From an uncultured Trueperaceae bacterium (GTDB lineage Bacteria; Deinococcota; Deinococci; Deinococcales; Trueperaceae), in NCBI GenBank assembly GCA_963727505.1, contig CAVSGP010000009.1:64001-128000 (forward strand): a stretch of DNA of 64,000 bases. Direction: 5' to 3'. Positions within the stretch are counted from its first letter, which is position 1; each line of letters starts with the position of its first letter. This document shows positions 55,700-64,000 of this stretch, piece by piece. The notes below the pieces were generated by a model. It made no database searches. It was given only the letters and a program-made list of their open reading frames with translations, and was not told the origin of the DNA. Made by a program: the position numbers and the translations under genes.

Positions 55700-56922
55700 G
55701 CGGTGTGCCGCATGGCCTCCACCGGCTCGATGCGGGTGGCTAGCAGCGCTGGCCAGAGTGCGGCCGCGATCGCCGTTACCAACGCGAAGATCAGGGCGAA
55801 TGTGACCTGGCCGGCGCTCACGCTCGGGTACAGGACGGGGGAGATCCCGAGTGCAGCGTAGAGGCCCTCGAATCCGGGCAGGGTGAAGCCCGGCGCCAGG
55901 GCCGCCACGGCGCCCAACCCGGCGGCCAGCCCCACGGCCGCTCCGGTCAGGCACAGCAACACGCTCTCGCTCAGGATCATGAGTAGCACCTGCCTCCCTT
56001 CGGCGCCGAGCGCGATGATTAGGCCGAACTCGCGCACACGTTCGATGAGGCTGAGGTAGACGGTGTTCAGGACCAGCAGCCCCGCAAGGACGTAGAAGAT
56101 CAGGGACATGCCGTACAGGATAGGGTTCATCACCTTCACCAGGCCCAGCAGCGTGGGATCGAGCTCACGCCACGTCTCGACGGCGTACCCGGGACCCAGC
56201 GCTTGCCCGAGGCGATCGGCGGTGGCGTTGACGACGCTCTCCGAGCGCATGTCGTGCAGAGACGGGAAGTGGAGCTCGAAGCGCCCGACGGCGTCCGGGG
56301 CGGCGAGCTCCTGGGCGGCTGCGAGGGAGAGGTAGGCCGTGCCGGCCTCGGATGTGGGGTCGTCGAGGTGGACGAGGCCGCGCACACGGTAGAGCGCGGC
56401 GCCGATCCCCTCTGTGCCCGGGGCGTACACCGACACGTCGTCGCCGATGCCGACGTGGAGAGCGTCGGCGAGCGCGGCGCCGAGCACGATGTCGCTGCGG
56501 TCGCCCGGCGGCACGAAGCTGCCGGCGACCAGCGTCCGCCCGCTGCCGCCCGCACCCAGCGCCGACGGCCAGTCCTCGCCGAGGACGGCGGTTCCACGCG
56601 AGCGCGACGTGCTCCCGACCAGCGCAGGCACCTGCAGGACACCGAAGACGACGGCGCCGGGCGCCGCCTTGGCGATGGCGGTCTGCAGCGCGTTGGCGGG
56701 CCGAAGCAACCGGTCGCGGAGGTCGACGAGGTCGCGGTAGCCGGCGACGTGCACCTGCAGGTGCCCGGCGCGCTGCGTGACGTCCTGGTAGAAGGAGTTG
56801 GTGAGCGCGCCGCCCATGCTGTAGAAGAGGATCGAGATCAGCACCACCAGGGCGACCGCTGCGGCGGTGGTCAGGCTGCGCCGCCGCTGGCGCCAGAGGT
56901 TGCGCCACGCCAGGCTCAGCAC
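55696..56922 (-). CDS. FtsX/LolCE-like ABC permease
   Basis: LAWRNLWRQRRRS, ERVREFG and IEPVEAMR. Confidence 0.9.
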   Translation of the reverse strand: MLSLAWRNLWRQRRRSLTTAAAVALVVLISILFYSMGGALTNSFYQDVTQRAGHLQVHVAGYRDLVDLRDRLLRPANALQTAIAKAAPGAVVFGVLQVPALVGSTSRSRGTAVLGEDWPSALGAGGSGRTLVAGSFVPPGDRSDIVLGAALADALHVGIGDDVSVYAPGTEGIGAALYRVRGLVHLDDPTSEAGTAYLSLAAAQELAAPDAVGRFELHFPSLHDMRSESVVNATADRLGQALGPGYAVETWRELDPTLLGLVKVMNPILYGMSLIFYVLAGLLVLNTVYLSLIERVREFGLIIALGAEGRQVLLMILSESVLLCLTGAAVGLAAGLGAVAALAPGFTLPGFEGLYAALGISPVLYPSVSAGQVTFALIFALVTAIAAALWPALLATRIEPVEAMRHTA

Positions 56923-56959
56923 GGGGCGCCTCCCGGCTTCTCGAGGACCTGGACGAAGC

Positions 56960-58186
56960 TCACGGCGCCCGTAGGGCCTCGGCGGGCTGCAGCCGTCGCA
57001 GCCGGCGGGCGGGGGCCAGCGCCGCGAACAGCGCCGCCAGGACGATGGTGATGGAGGCCCAACCGAGGTAGGCGACCGACGTGGCGAAGTAGATCTCGTC
57101 GCCCAGCGCGACGTCCTTGAGGATATTGCCGTAGAAGGACATGATGACCGGCCCGACCAGGTTCACCCGGCTCAGCAGGAAGTCGATGCTGTAACCGAGC
57201 GTCGCGCCGACGATCAGACCGAGCGTGGCGGTGAAGGTCGCCTCGAACGTCACCATCCAGGCGAGGCTGCCCTGGTAGAGGCCCAGCGAGGCGGCTACCC
57301 CGAACTCGCGAGTACGCTCGAACACGCTCACCACTACGGTGCTGAGGACCGTGACCGCTGCGAAGATCGAGAAGATCAGCGCCATCGGGATCATCGAGCG
57401 GCGCTTGGCCTCGATGCCGCTCATGAGGCCCGACAGCATGTCCTGAACGCTGTACGCGCGCACGCCAGGGGGAAGGACGCCGTTACGGTCGAGGAGCGCG
57501 GCAGTGGGCCGTTCGGAGCGGTAGGGAACGTCGAGGGCCAGGCCGGTGGCCGTGGTCACGCCGGTGAGCTGGCGGGCGTCGTCGATGTCGATCATCACCG
57601 TCGAGCGGTCCACGAAGCTGATGCCCGAGCGCACGAGACCGACCACCCGCAGTCCCAGTGCCTGTGGCCCGGCCAGCGACTGGGCATCCACGACCAGGCG
57701 CTCGCCCACGCGCACATCGAGCTGCCGGGCCAGTTCGCTGCCCAGCACGATCTCACCCGGCCCGGCAACCATCCGGCCGGTGCCGATGGCGGAGGGGACG
57801 TTGCTCACCTTGGCTTCCTGTTGCGGCTCCACCCCACGGACCTGTGCTCCCAGGGCGGTGTAGGGCGAGCGCAGCAGCCCCGGGAAGGTGAGGCGTGCCG
57901 CGACGGCGCCAACACGGGGCTGGCGCGCGACCTCGGAGCGGAAGGCGAGCTCGGGTAGGGCGTTCTGAGGATCGGGATCGGCACGGTAGGCCGTGCTCGT
58001 GATCAGCACCGGAGCGCTGGCGTAGCGTCCCTGACTGCTCAACAGGGAGGCGACGAAGCCGTCATAGAAGCCCCAGAAGAGGATGATCGCGAGCGTGGCG
58101 TAGGCCACGACGACGAGCAGCAGCAACGTGCGGCTGCGGTGCCTCCACAGGTTGCGCCACGCGAGTCGGGCGACCGAGTACGCCAC
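56960..58186 (-). CDS. FtsX/LolCE-like ABC permease
   Basis: LAWRNLWRHRSRT, ERTREFG and LQPAEALR; GGAGG RBS before GTG 58186. Confidence 0.88.
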   Translation of the reverse strand: MAYSVARLAWRNLWRHRSRTLLLLVVVAYATLAIILFWGFYDGFVASLLSSQGRYASAPVLITSTAYRADPDPQNALPELAFRSEVARQPRVGAVAARLTFPGLLRSPYTALGAQVRGVEPQQEAKVSNVPSAIGTGRMVAGPGEIVLGSELARQLDVRVGERLVVDAQSLAGPQALGLRVVGLVRSGISFVDRSTVMIDIDDARQLTGVTTATGLALDVPYRSERPTAALLDRNGVLPPGVRAYSVQDMLSGLMSGIEAKRRSMIPMALIFSIFAAVTVLSTVVVSVFERTREFGVAASLGLYQGSLAWMVTFEATFTATLGLIVGATLGYSIDFLLSRVNLVGPVIMSFYGNILKDVALGDEIYFATSVAYLGWASITIVLAALFAALAPARRLRRLQPAEALRAP

Positions 58187-58298
58187 GCACACCCCTCCGG
58201 CCGCCGGCACGGTGTGCCGCGACCGACACCATGGTAGCGCCTTCGTCGCGTGCCGTACGGGTCGACTGTCCTGGCGAAGGCCCGGGGGTGGGGGACGC

Positions 58299-58949
58299 TC
58301 AGGCCTCGAGGGCCACGAACCAGGCCGCCAGGCGCGCCACATCCTCCTGCGTGAGGTTGTGGCCGGCATCCAGGACGGCGTCCTCCACGGAGGCGCCGGC
58401 GCCCTCCAGTAGCGCGGGAAGGCCGTGCCCGGCCGTTCGGTAGGGATCGTTCCTTCCAAGCAGCACCAGTACCTCGGTGCCACGGAGGTCCGGCGTCGGC
58501 GGGTGCTCGAACGGTTGTACGGCCCTCAGAAGCGCGAGTGCGCCGAACGCGGAGGGGTCCAGGAGCTGGGCGGCCAGTGCGATGTTGGCGCCGTTCGAGT
58601 AGCCGAGTGCGGCGCGCGGGAGGTCCTTGGCGGCATAGTGTGCCGCAGCGGTCTCGACGAACCGGGCGAGCGCCTCGGCCTCCGATGCGAGATGCTCCTG
58701 GTCGTAACGGAGCGCGTCGAAGCGGCGGAAGTAGCGCGTGACGCCCTCCTCGCTCGAGCGCCCGCGCACCCCGACGAGAAGGTGATCGGGGGCCACGGCC
58801 TGACCCAGGCCCAGCAGGCTGGTCTCGTCGCCACCGGTGCCGTGAAGCAGGAAGAGCACGCCGCGGGCGGGGCCGCGGGCCGGCTCGTGAACGGTGTGGA
58901 CCCAGTCACCGAGGATGCCGTCGGTGTCCGCGCCGGCCGCACCGCTCAT
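58299..58949 (-). CDS. Alpha/beta hydrolase (MhqD-like)
   Basis: LLHGTGGDE, GYSNGAN and AGH. Confidence 0.9.
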   Translation of the reverse strand: MSGAAGADTDGILGDWVHTVHEPARGPARGVLFLLHGTGGDETSLLGLGQAVAPDHLLVGVRGRSSEEGVTRYFRRFDALRYDQEHLASEAEALARFVETAAAHYAAKDLPRAALGYSNGANIALAAQLLDPSAFGALALLRAVQPFEHPPTPDLRGTEVLVLLGRNDPYRTAGHGLPALLEGAGASVEDAVLDAGHNLTQEDVARLAAWFVALEA

Positions 58950-59031
58950 GGCTGCGTCCCTTGACGGTGCCACTCGGGCAGCGCCCCCCGTGGGCGTCGA
59001 GGTGTTGCCGTGCGTGTCGCGGTGACCGCCC

Positions 59032-59994
59032 TCACGCCAGCGGCCTCAGGTTCGCTTCGATGTCGGCGCGGCGTGGTTCCAGGAACGGCGGCAGCGCAAG
59101 GCCTTCGCCCAGCGCTCCGAGGGGTTCGTCGACGCCGAAACCCGGCCCGTCGGTGGCGATCTCGAAGAGGATCCCGTTGGGTTCGCGGAAGTACAGGCTC
59201 CGGAAGTAGAAACGGTCCACCTGGCCGCTGTTGGGGATGCGAAAGGCGTTCAGACGCTCCAGCCAGGCCCGGTGCCGCTCGTCGTCGGTGGTGCGGAAAG
59301 CGACGTGGTGGACGCCACCGGCTCCGGGACGCGCCGGCGGCAGATCGGGTTGCACCGCCAGGTGGACCTCCGCTCCCGGGCCGCCGTCTCCCATGGCGGC
59401 GACCAGCACCTCGTGACCGCTGGCCAGTTGGTAGCTGCGGGCGAGCTCCATCCCCAGCACTTCGACCAGCACGGTGGCGGTGGGACGGGGATCGGGAACG
59501 CTCAGGGTGACCGGCCCCAGCCCCCGGATCTGCCGCTCGGCCGGCACGGGACTCGCCTCCCAGGGGTGGGCCTCGCCCGTGCCGCCGTCGTCGATGAGGG
59601 CCAGGCGCTGGCCCTCGGGGTCGGCGAAGGCGAGCGTCGGGCGGCCGTCGACGTCGCTCGGCTCCTCGACGGTAGCTCCCGCTGCGCGCAGCCGGCTCGC
59701 CCACCAGCCGAGCGCCTCGGCGCCGCCGGCCACCCGGAGGCCGGTGCGGGCGATGCTGTGCGTGCCGCGGCGCTCCGGCGCCGCCATGGACCAGTCGAAG
59801 AACGTCAGGTCGGTGCCGGGCGAGCCCAGATCGTCGGCGTAGAAGAGGTGGTAGGCCCGGACGTCGTCCTGGTTCACCGTCTTCTTTACCAGGCGCATGC
59901 CCAGCGTGTCGCGGTAGAAAGCCAGATTGTCCCGGGCCCGGGCGGTCACCGCCGTCAGGTGGTGGATCCCGTGGAGCGTCGGTTGCTCGGACAT
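59032..59994 (-). CDS. Ring-cleaving dioxygenase/glyoxalase (MhqO/MhqA-like)
   Basis: [36 protein letters not shown] and EIATDGPGF. Confidence 0.93.
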   Translation of the reverse strand: MSEQPTLHGIHHLTAVTARARDNLAFYRDTLGMRLVKKTVNQDDVRAYHLFYADDLGSPGTDLTFFDWSMAAPERRGTHSIARTGLRVAGGAEALGWWASRLRAAGATVEEPSDVDGRPTLAFADPEGQRLALIDDGGTGEAHPWEASPVPAERQIRGLGPVTLSVPDPRPTATVLVEVLGMELARSYQLASGHEVLVAAMGDGGPGAEVHLAVQPDLPPARPGAGGVHHVAFRTTDDERHRAWLERLNAFRIPNSGQVDRFYFRSLYFREPNGILFEIATDGPGFGVDEPLGALGEGLALPPFLEPRRADIEANLRPLA

Positions 59995-60098
59995 GGCGAC
60001 ACTGTACGGGGGTGGGGCGCGACGTCCGGGGCCCCGGGCTACAGCGTCGCCGCGTCGCTTCCCAGGTCCGGTACGCAACGGTATCCTTGGTGGACTCC

Positions 60099-60995
60099 AT
60101 GGTTCGTCTCCTTGCGCTGTTCGGCGCCGTCACCATCTCCTTCTCGGCCATCCTGGTCCGTCTCGCCGACCTCTCGCCCTCGACGATGGCGTTCTTCCGG
60201 CCGGCGTACGCTCTGCCCGTCCTGCTCGTGCTCGCGTTGGCCTCACGACGGCACGACCCGCGCGGTCCCGCCCTCCGGGGGGCCACCGTGGCGGCCGGGA
60301 CGCTGATGGGTCTGGCCTTCGTGTTCTGGAACTACGCCATCGCCGACATCGGTGCCGGCGCGGCCACCGTGCTGAGCAACACGCAGGTCGTGTTCGTGGG
60401 CGTCGCCGCCTGGTTGCTGTTCCGTGAGCGTCCCACCGGGACCGCCCTGGTGGCCGTGCCGCTGGTGTTCGCCGGTGTGGCCCTCACCTCGGGCCTCGGG
60501 CTGGAGGGCGCCTACGGTCGGGCGCCGGTGATCGGCGCCCTCTGGGCGCTCGCCAACGCCAGCGTCTACGCCTCGTTCCTGCTGCTGTTCCGGGCGCTGA
60601 ACCGCGGGCGCGGTCTGCCCGCAGGAGTGCTCTTCGACGCCTCCCTGGGCGCCGCGCTGGTAGCCCTCGCTACGGGGCTCCTCACCGACCCCGGCTTCTC
60701 GCTGGCCTTCACCTGGCCGGCCCACGGCTGGCTGATCTTGCTGGCGCTCGGGCCGCAGGTGGTGGGCTGGCTGCTGATCTTGACCGCCCTGCCCCGGCTG
60801 CCGGCGCTCGAGACCTCGGTGACGCTGCTGGCGCAACCGATGCTGACCGTCGTCTGGGGCCGCCTGCTGTTCGCCGAGCGCCTGTCCTGGGTCCAGGCGG
60901 GAGGGGTCGCCCTGGTACTGGGGGGCATCCTGGCGCTGAGCCTGGCCGGAACCGTGCACCGACGGGCAACGGCGCGCGTCTCCGACGGTGCGTGA
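60099..60995 (+). CDS. DMT/EamA-family transporter
   Basis: About 10 TM with duplicated LLFRER / LLFAER. Confidence 0.88.
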   Translation: MVRLLALFGAVTISFSAILVRLADLSPSTMAFFRPAYALPVLLVLALASRRHDPRGPALRGATVAAGTLMGLAFVFWNYAIADIGAGAATVLSNTQVVFVGVAAWLLFRERPTGTALVAVPLVFAGVALTSGLGLEGAYGRAPVIGALWALANASVYASFLLLFRALNRGRGLPAGVLFDASLGAALVALATGLLTDPGFSLAFTWPAHGWLILLALGPQVVGWLLILTALPRLPALETSVTLLAQPMLTVVWGRLLFAERLSWVQAGGVALVLGGILALSLAGTVHRRATARVSDGA

Positions 60996-61068
60996 GGGTC
61001 GGCAACGCGGGATGGCCGGAACGCCTGCGGGAGCCCCTCTCATGGGCCGATCTGCTAGCGTTGGCAGC

Positions 61069-61569
61069 ATGACGCTTCTCCGACGACTCTCCCCGCTGCT
61101 GCTGGCGGCCCTCCTTCTCTCGGGTTGCGCACCGGCGGCGACGGGATCCTCACCCGGCGCCCCCTACCCGATCCAGAGTGCCGCCATCGTCGCGCAACCG
61201 GGGAGCGCGGTGTACGTAGAGACGCACTACACCTTCGACGATTTCGGCATCGATCCCACCAAGGTGACGGGCGCCCTGTGGGTGCCCAACGGCTACAACG
61301 CCGAGTCGGCGGTCATCACCACCAAGTTCTCGCTCGACCAGGTCCGCGTCCCCGCGGGGTGGAGCCTCGAGCTGGTGCAGGTGCAGGCCACCCACACCAC
61401 GGTGGCGGGACCGAAGAGCTTCTCCAAGAGCACCGACAAGTACACCCTCACGGTGCTGCTGGCGCTCACCCCGAAGGAGGGGGCTGTGGCGGGTCCCTAC
61501 CACCTCAACGCCACGCTGACCTATCAGAAGAAGAGCAAGCCCCTCCGGGTCGACCTGCACGTGGGCTGA
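61069..61569 (+). CDS. Hypothetical lipoprotein (Ig-like beta-rich)
   Basis: LLSGC lipobox; TAGCGT 7 nt upstream of ATG. Confidence 0.8.
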   Translation: MTLLRRLSPLLLAALLLSGCAPAATGSSPGAPYPIQSAAIVAQPGSAVYVETHYTFDDFGIDPTKVTGALWVPNGYNAESAVITTKFSLDQVRVPAGWSLELVQVQATHTTVAGPKSFSKSTDKYTLTVLLALTPKEGAVAGPYHLNATLTYQKKSKPLRVDLHVG

Positions 61570-61633
61570 CGCCCCGCACGTGTGCTGACGCCGCTCCGTG
61601 GTGCGCTCGTGACGATGCCGGGCAGATGCCTGG

Positions 61634-62047
61634 CTACAGGTCGACGCCGTCGCGGGCGAGACCGCTCAACAGCCAGCAACCCCGGCGCGCACCGTGCCGT
61701 GCCCGAACGAGAGCGAGCGTGAAACGCACGTCGGTGCCTTCGCTGCACGTCACCCGAACGTCGGCGCGGGCCGCGTCGACGCGTTGTTCGAAGTGCTCGA
61801 CGGCCGCCGACACGTGACCCACCAGCGGAGCGTTGAGTGTGTTGTGGAGGGCGCGCCCGAAGGCGTCCATGTCACCGATGCCGGCGCGCATGCGCTCGGA
61901 TGCGAAGGCGTAGGTCACGCCGATGCCGTGGTCCGGGCGCGGTCGATCGTTGGCGGCCAACGCGCCTAGCACGACGTCGAGCACGTCCCTCGCGTCCAGC
62001 TCGGGGGCAGGCCCGTGAGGCGCAGGACGAGGCCGGGTTCCGATCAC
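61634..62047 (-). CDS. DUF4864-like protein (start uncertain)
   Basis: LGALAANDRPRPDHGIGVTYAFAS...GCWL pattern. Confidence 0.6.
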   Translation of the reverse strand: MIGTRPRPAPHGPAPELDARDVLDVVLGALAANDRPRPDHGIGVTYAFASERMRAGIGDMDAFGRALHNTLNAPLVGHVSAAVEHFEQRVDAARADVRVTCSEGTDVRFTLALVRARHGARRGCWLLSGLARDGVDL

Positions 62048-62183
62048 GCCCTGTTCTGCAGCGTCGTGCGCGGGCGCCGCGATGCGCGGGACCGCTCGAG
62101 GATGGGACCGGAGCTCGCGCGCCCCTCGTCGAGCTCGCTGCATGTGCGGCGCCCGAGGCCCTGCCCGGCGACGACCACGTTGG

Positions 62184-63647
62184 TCACGCCCGTTCGCGGC
62201 CGGCAACCGAGCCGTGCGGGAGCGCCATGGAGATGAACTTGGTCTCCAGGTACTCGTCGATGCCCCAGGGGCCGCCTTCGCGACCGAGGCCGGATTGCTT
62301 GACGCCGCCGAACGGGGCGTAGGGCACGCTGGGGACGCCATCGTTGACGCCGACGATGCCGTACTCGAGGGCTTCGGAGACCCGGAAGGCGCGGCTGAGG
62401 TCGTTGGTGTAGATGTAGGCGGCGAGCCCGTAGGGGGTGTCGTTGGCGGCGCGCACCGCCTCCTCGTCGTGCTCGAACGTGAGGATGGGGCTGACCGGTC
62501 CGAAGGTCTCCTCCCGCATGAGCTGCATGTCGGCGGTGACGCCGAGGAGCACGGTGGGGGCGAAGTAGAGCCCTTCCAGGGCGCTCCCGCCGGTGGCGAT
62601 CCGGGCTCCCTTGGCGATCGCGTCCTGGACGTGCTGCTGGACCTTGTTCAGGCCGGCGGCGTCGACCAGCGGGCCGATGTCGGTGGCGTCCTGGAGCGGG
62701 TCGCCCACCACCAGCTCGTTGGTGGCGGCCACGTAACGCTCCACGAAGGCGTCCTGGATGTCCTTGTGCACGTAGATGCGGTTGGTGCAAACGCAGGTCT
62801 GGCCGGCGTTGCGGTACTTGCAGGCGATGACCTGTTCGACGGCGCGCTCCAGGTCGGCGTCGTCGAACACCAGGTAGGGAGCGTGCCCGCCGAGCTCCAG
62901 CGAGAGCTTCTTGATGGTCTGGGCGGACTTGCCGTAGAGGATGCGACCGACCTCGGTCGAACCGGTGAAGGTGAGCTTGCGGATGCGCGGGTCCTCCATC
63001 AGCGCGTCGGAGACCGGCACCGGGTCGTTGGCGGGCAGTACCTGCAGGGTACCGGCGGGGCCGCCGGCGCGCTCCCATAGCTCGCCCAGCAGCAGGGCCG
63101 ACAGTGGCGTCTGCTCGGCGGGCTTGAGCACGAAGGTGCAGCCGGCCGCCAGGGCGGGCGCCGCCTTGCGCGTGACCATCGCCAGCGGGAAGTTCCAGGG
63201 GGTGACGCCGAACACCGGGCCGACCGGTTGCCGGATGGCCATCAGGCGCTTGTTGGGTGCGTGCGAGGGGATCGTCTCGCCGTAGACGCGCTTGGCCTCC
63301 TCGGCGTACCAGCGCACGAAGCCCGCGGCGTAGGCGACCTCGCCGCGCGCCTCCTTGAGCGGCTTGCCCATCTCGCGGCTCATGGTGCGCGCCAGGCGCT
63401 CCTGGTCGGCCATCATGGCGTCATGCCAGCGCATGAGCACGTCGGAGCGCTCGAAGGCGCTCACCTGCCGCCAGCTCTGGAAGGCGTCCCAGGCGACCTG
63501 CGCGGCGGCGCGGCCCTCCTCGGCGCCGCAGTCGGCGACCTCGGCCACGGCCTCTCCGGTGGCCGGATTGGTGACGGTGTAGGTCACGCCGGAGTCCTGC
63601 CAGCGGTCGGTCAAGAAGCGACGTTCAACGTTTTGGAGCGGTTCCAT
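62184..63647 (-). CDS. gabD: NAD(P)-dependent succinate-semialdehyde dehydrogenase
   Basis: TPWNFP, FTGSTEVG, LELGGHAP, NAGQTCVC and EETFGP. Confidence 0.92.
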   Translation of the reverse strand: MEPLQNVERRFLTDRWQDSGVTYTVTNPATGEAVAEVADCGAEEGRAAAQVAWDAFQSWRQVSAFERSDVLMRWHDAMMADQERLARTMSREMGKPLKEARGEVAYAAGFVRWYAEEAKRVYGETIPSHAPNKRLMAIRQPVGPVFGVTPWNFPLAMVTRKAAPALAAGCTFVLKPAEQTPLSALLLGELWERAGGPAGTLQVLPANDPVPVSDALMEDPRIRKLTFTGSTEVGRILYGKSAQTIKKLSLELGGHAPYLVFDDADLERAVEQVIACKYRNAGQTCVCTNRIYVHKDIQDAFVERYVAATNELVVGDPLQDATDIGPLVDAAGLNKVQQHVQDAIAKGARIATGGSALEGLYFAPTVLLGVTADMQLMREETFGPVSPILTFEHDEEAVRAANDTPYGLAAYIYTNDLSRAFRVSEALEYGIVGVNDGVPSVPYAPFGGVKQSGLGREGGPWGIDEYLETKFISMALPHGSVAGRERA

Positions 63648-63714
63648 GCGTCAGTCTAGCAACGGGCGTAGCGGTCTTCGCGTGCCGTGGCATGGTGCGG
63701 CGCCGACCCCGGGC

Positions 63715-64000
63715 TCAGGCGGGCGCGGGCCGCGGCCAGACCGCGCTGGCGGTTGCCGGCGCCCCGGCGATCAGGTCGTCGACGATCTTGGCGCTCGAGA
63801 GCACGCCGGGGATGCCCGCCCCGGGATGGGTCCCTGCCCCCACGAAGTACAGGCCGTGGACGTCCTCGCTGCGGTTGTGGGGCCGGAACCACGCTGATTG
63901 CGTGAGGGTCGGCTCGAAGCTGAACGCCGACCCCTGGAAGGCGTTCAGCGTTCCCTGGAAGTGCAGTGGGTCGATCCAGCGCTCGGTCACGAGGTGCTGC
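63715..64000 (-). CDS. crtI: Phytoene desaturase, C-terminal part (5' end outside window)
   Basis: [20 protein letters not shown] and [18 protein letters not shown]. Confidence 0.9.
   Translation of the reverse strand, partial: QHLVTERWIDPLHFQGTLNAFQGSAFSFEPTLTQSAWFRPHNRSEDVHGLYFVGAGTHPGAGIPGVLSSAKIVDDLIAGAPATASAVWPRPAPA

Overview
High-GC (about 70% by eye) bacterial chromosomal window. It is probably Deinococcota (Truepera-like), inferred from frequent apparently leaderless genes, crtI, and the BstA/YfiT- and Mhq-like genes. No rRNA, tRNA, CRISPR array, transposase or phage gene was recognised. Main contents: gltA; a PQQ-like propeller lipoprotein; a Tat-exported type II DMSO-reductase-family operon (alpha, beta, heme b gamma, chaperone; alpha resembles haloarchaeal periplasmic NarG) behind a probable Moco/Tuco riboswitch; a convergent arsR-arsP-trx-acr3-arsC cluster; a GGDEF-RHH fusion; lutABC; a B12-binding radical SAM protein; an Lrp-Opp-M14 peptidase operon; fhs; a BNR propeller/MoaD pair; sugar and peptide ABC systems without ATPases; gabD; and the 3' end of crtI. 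The best candidate for an undescribed system lies at about 44.5-52 kb. A 47-aa secreted-peptide gene (45435-45578, absent from the ORF track) and a 63-aa ORF are divergently arranged around a mirror-symmetric promoter carrying 11-bp-period direct repeats. Next to them are a degenerate-NTPase/TPR/wHTH regulator, an EAL protein and an oligopeptide ABC importer. This architecture suggests a peptide quorum-sensing module. All family assignments come from motif recognition by eye; no database search was run.
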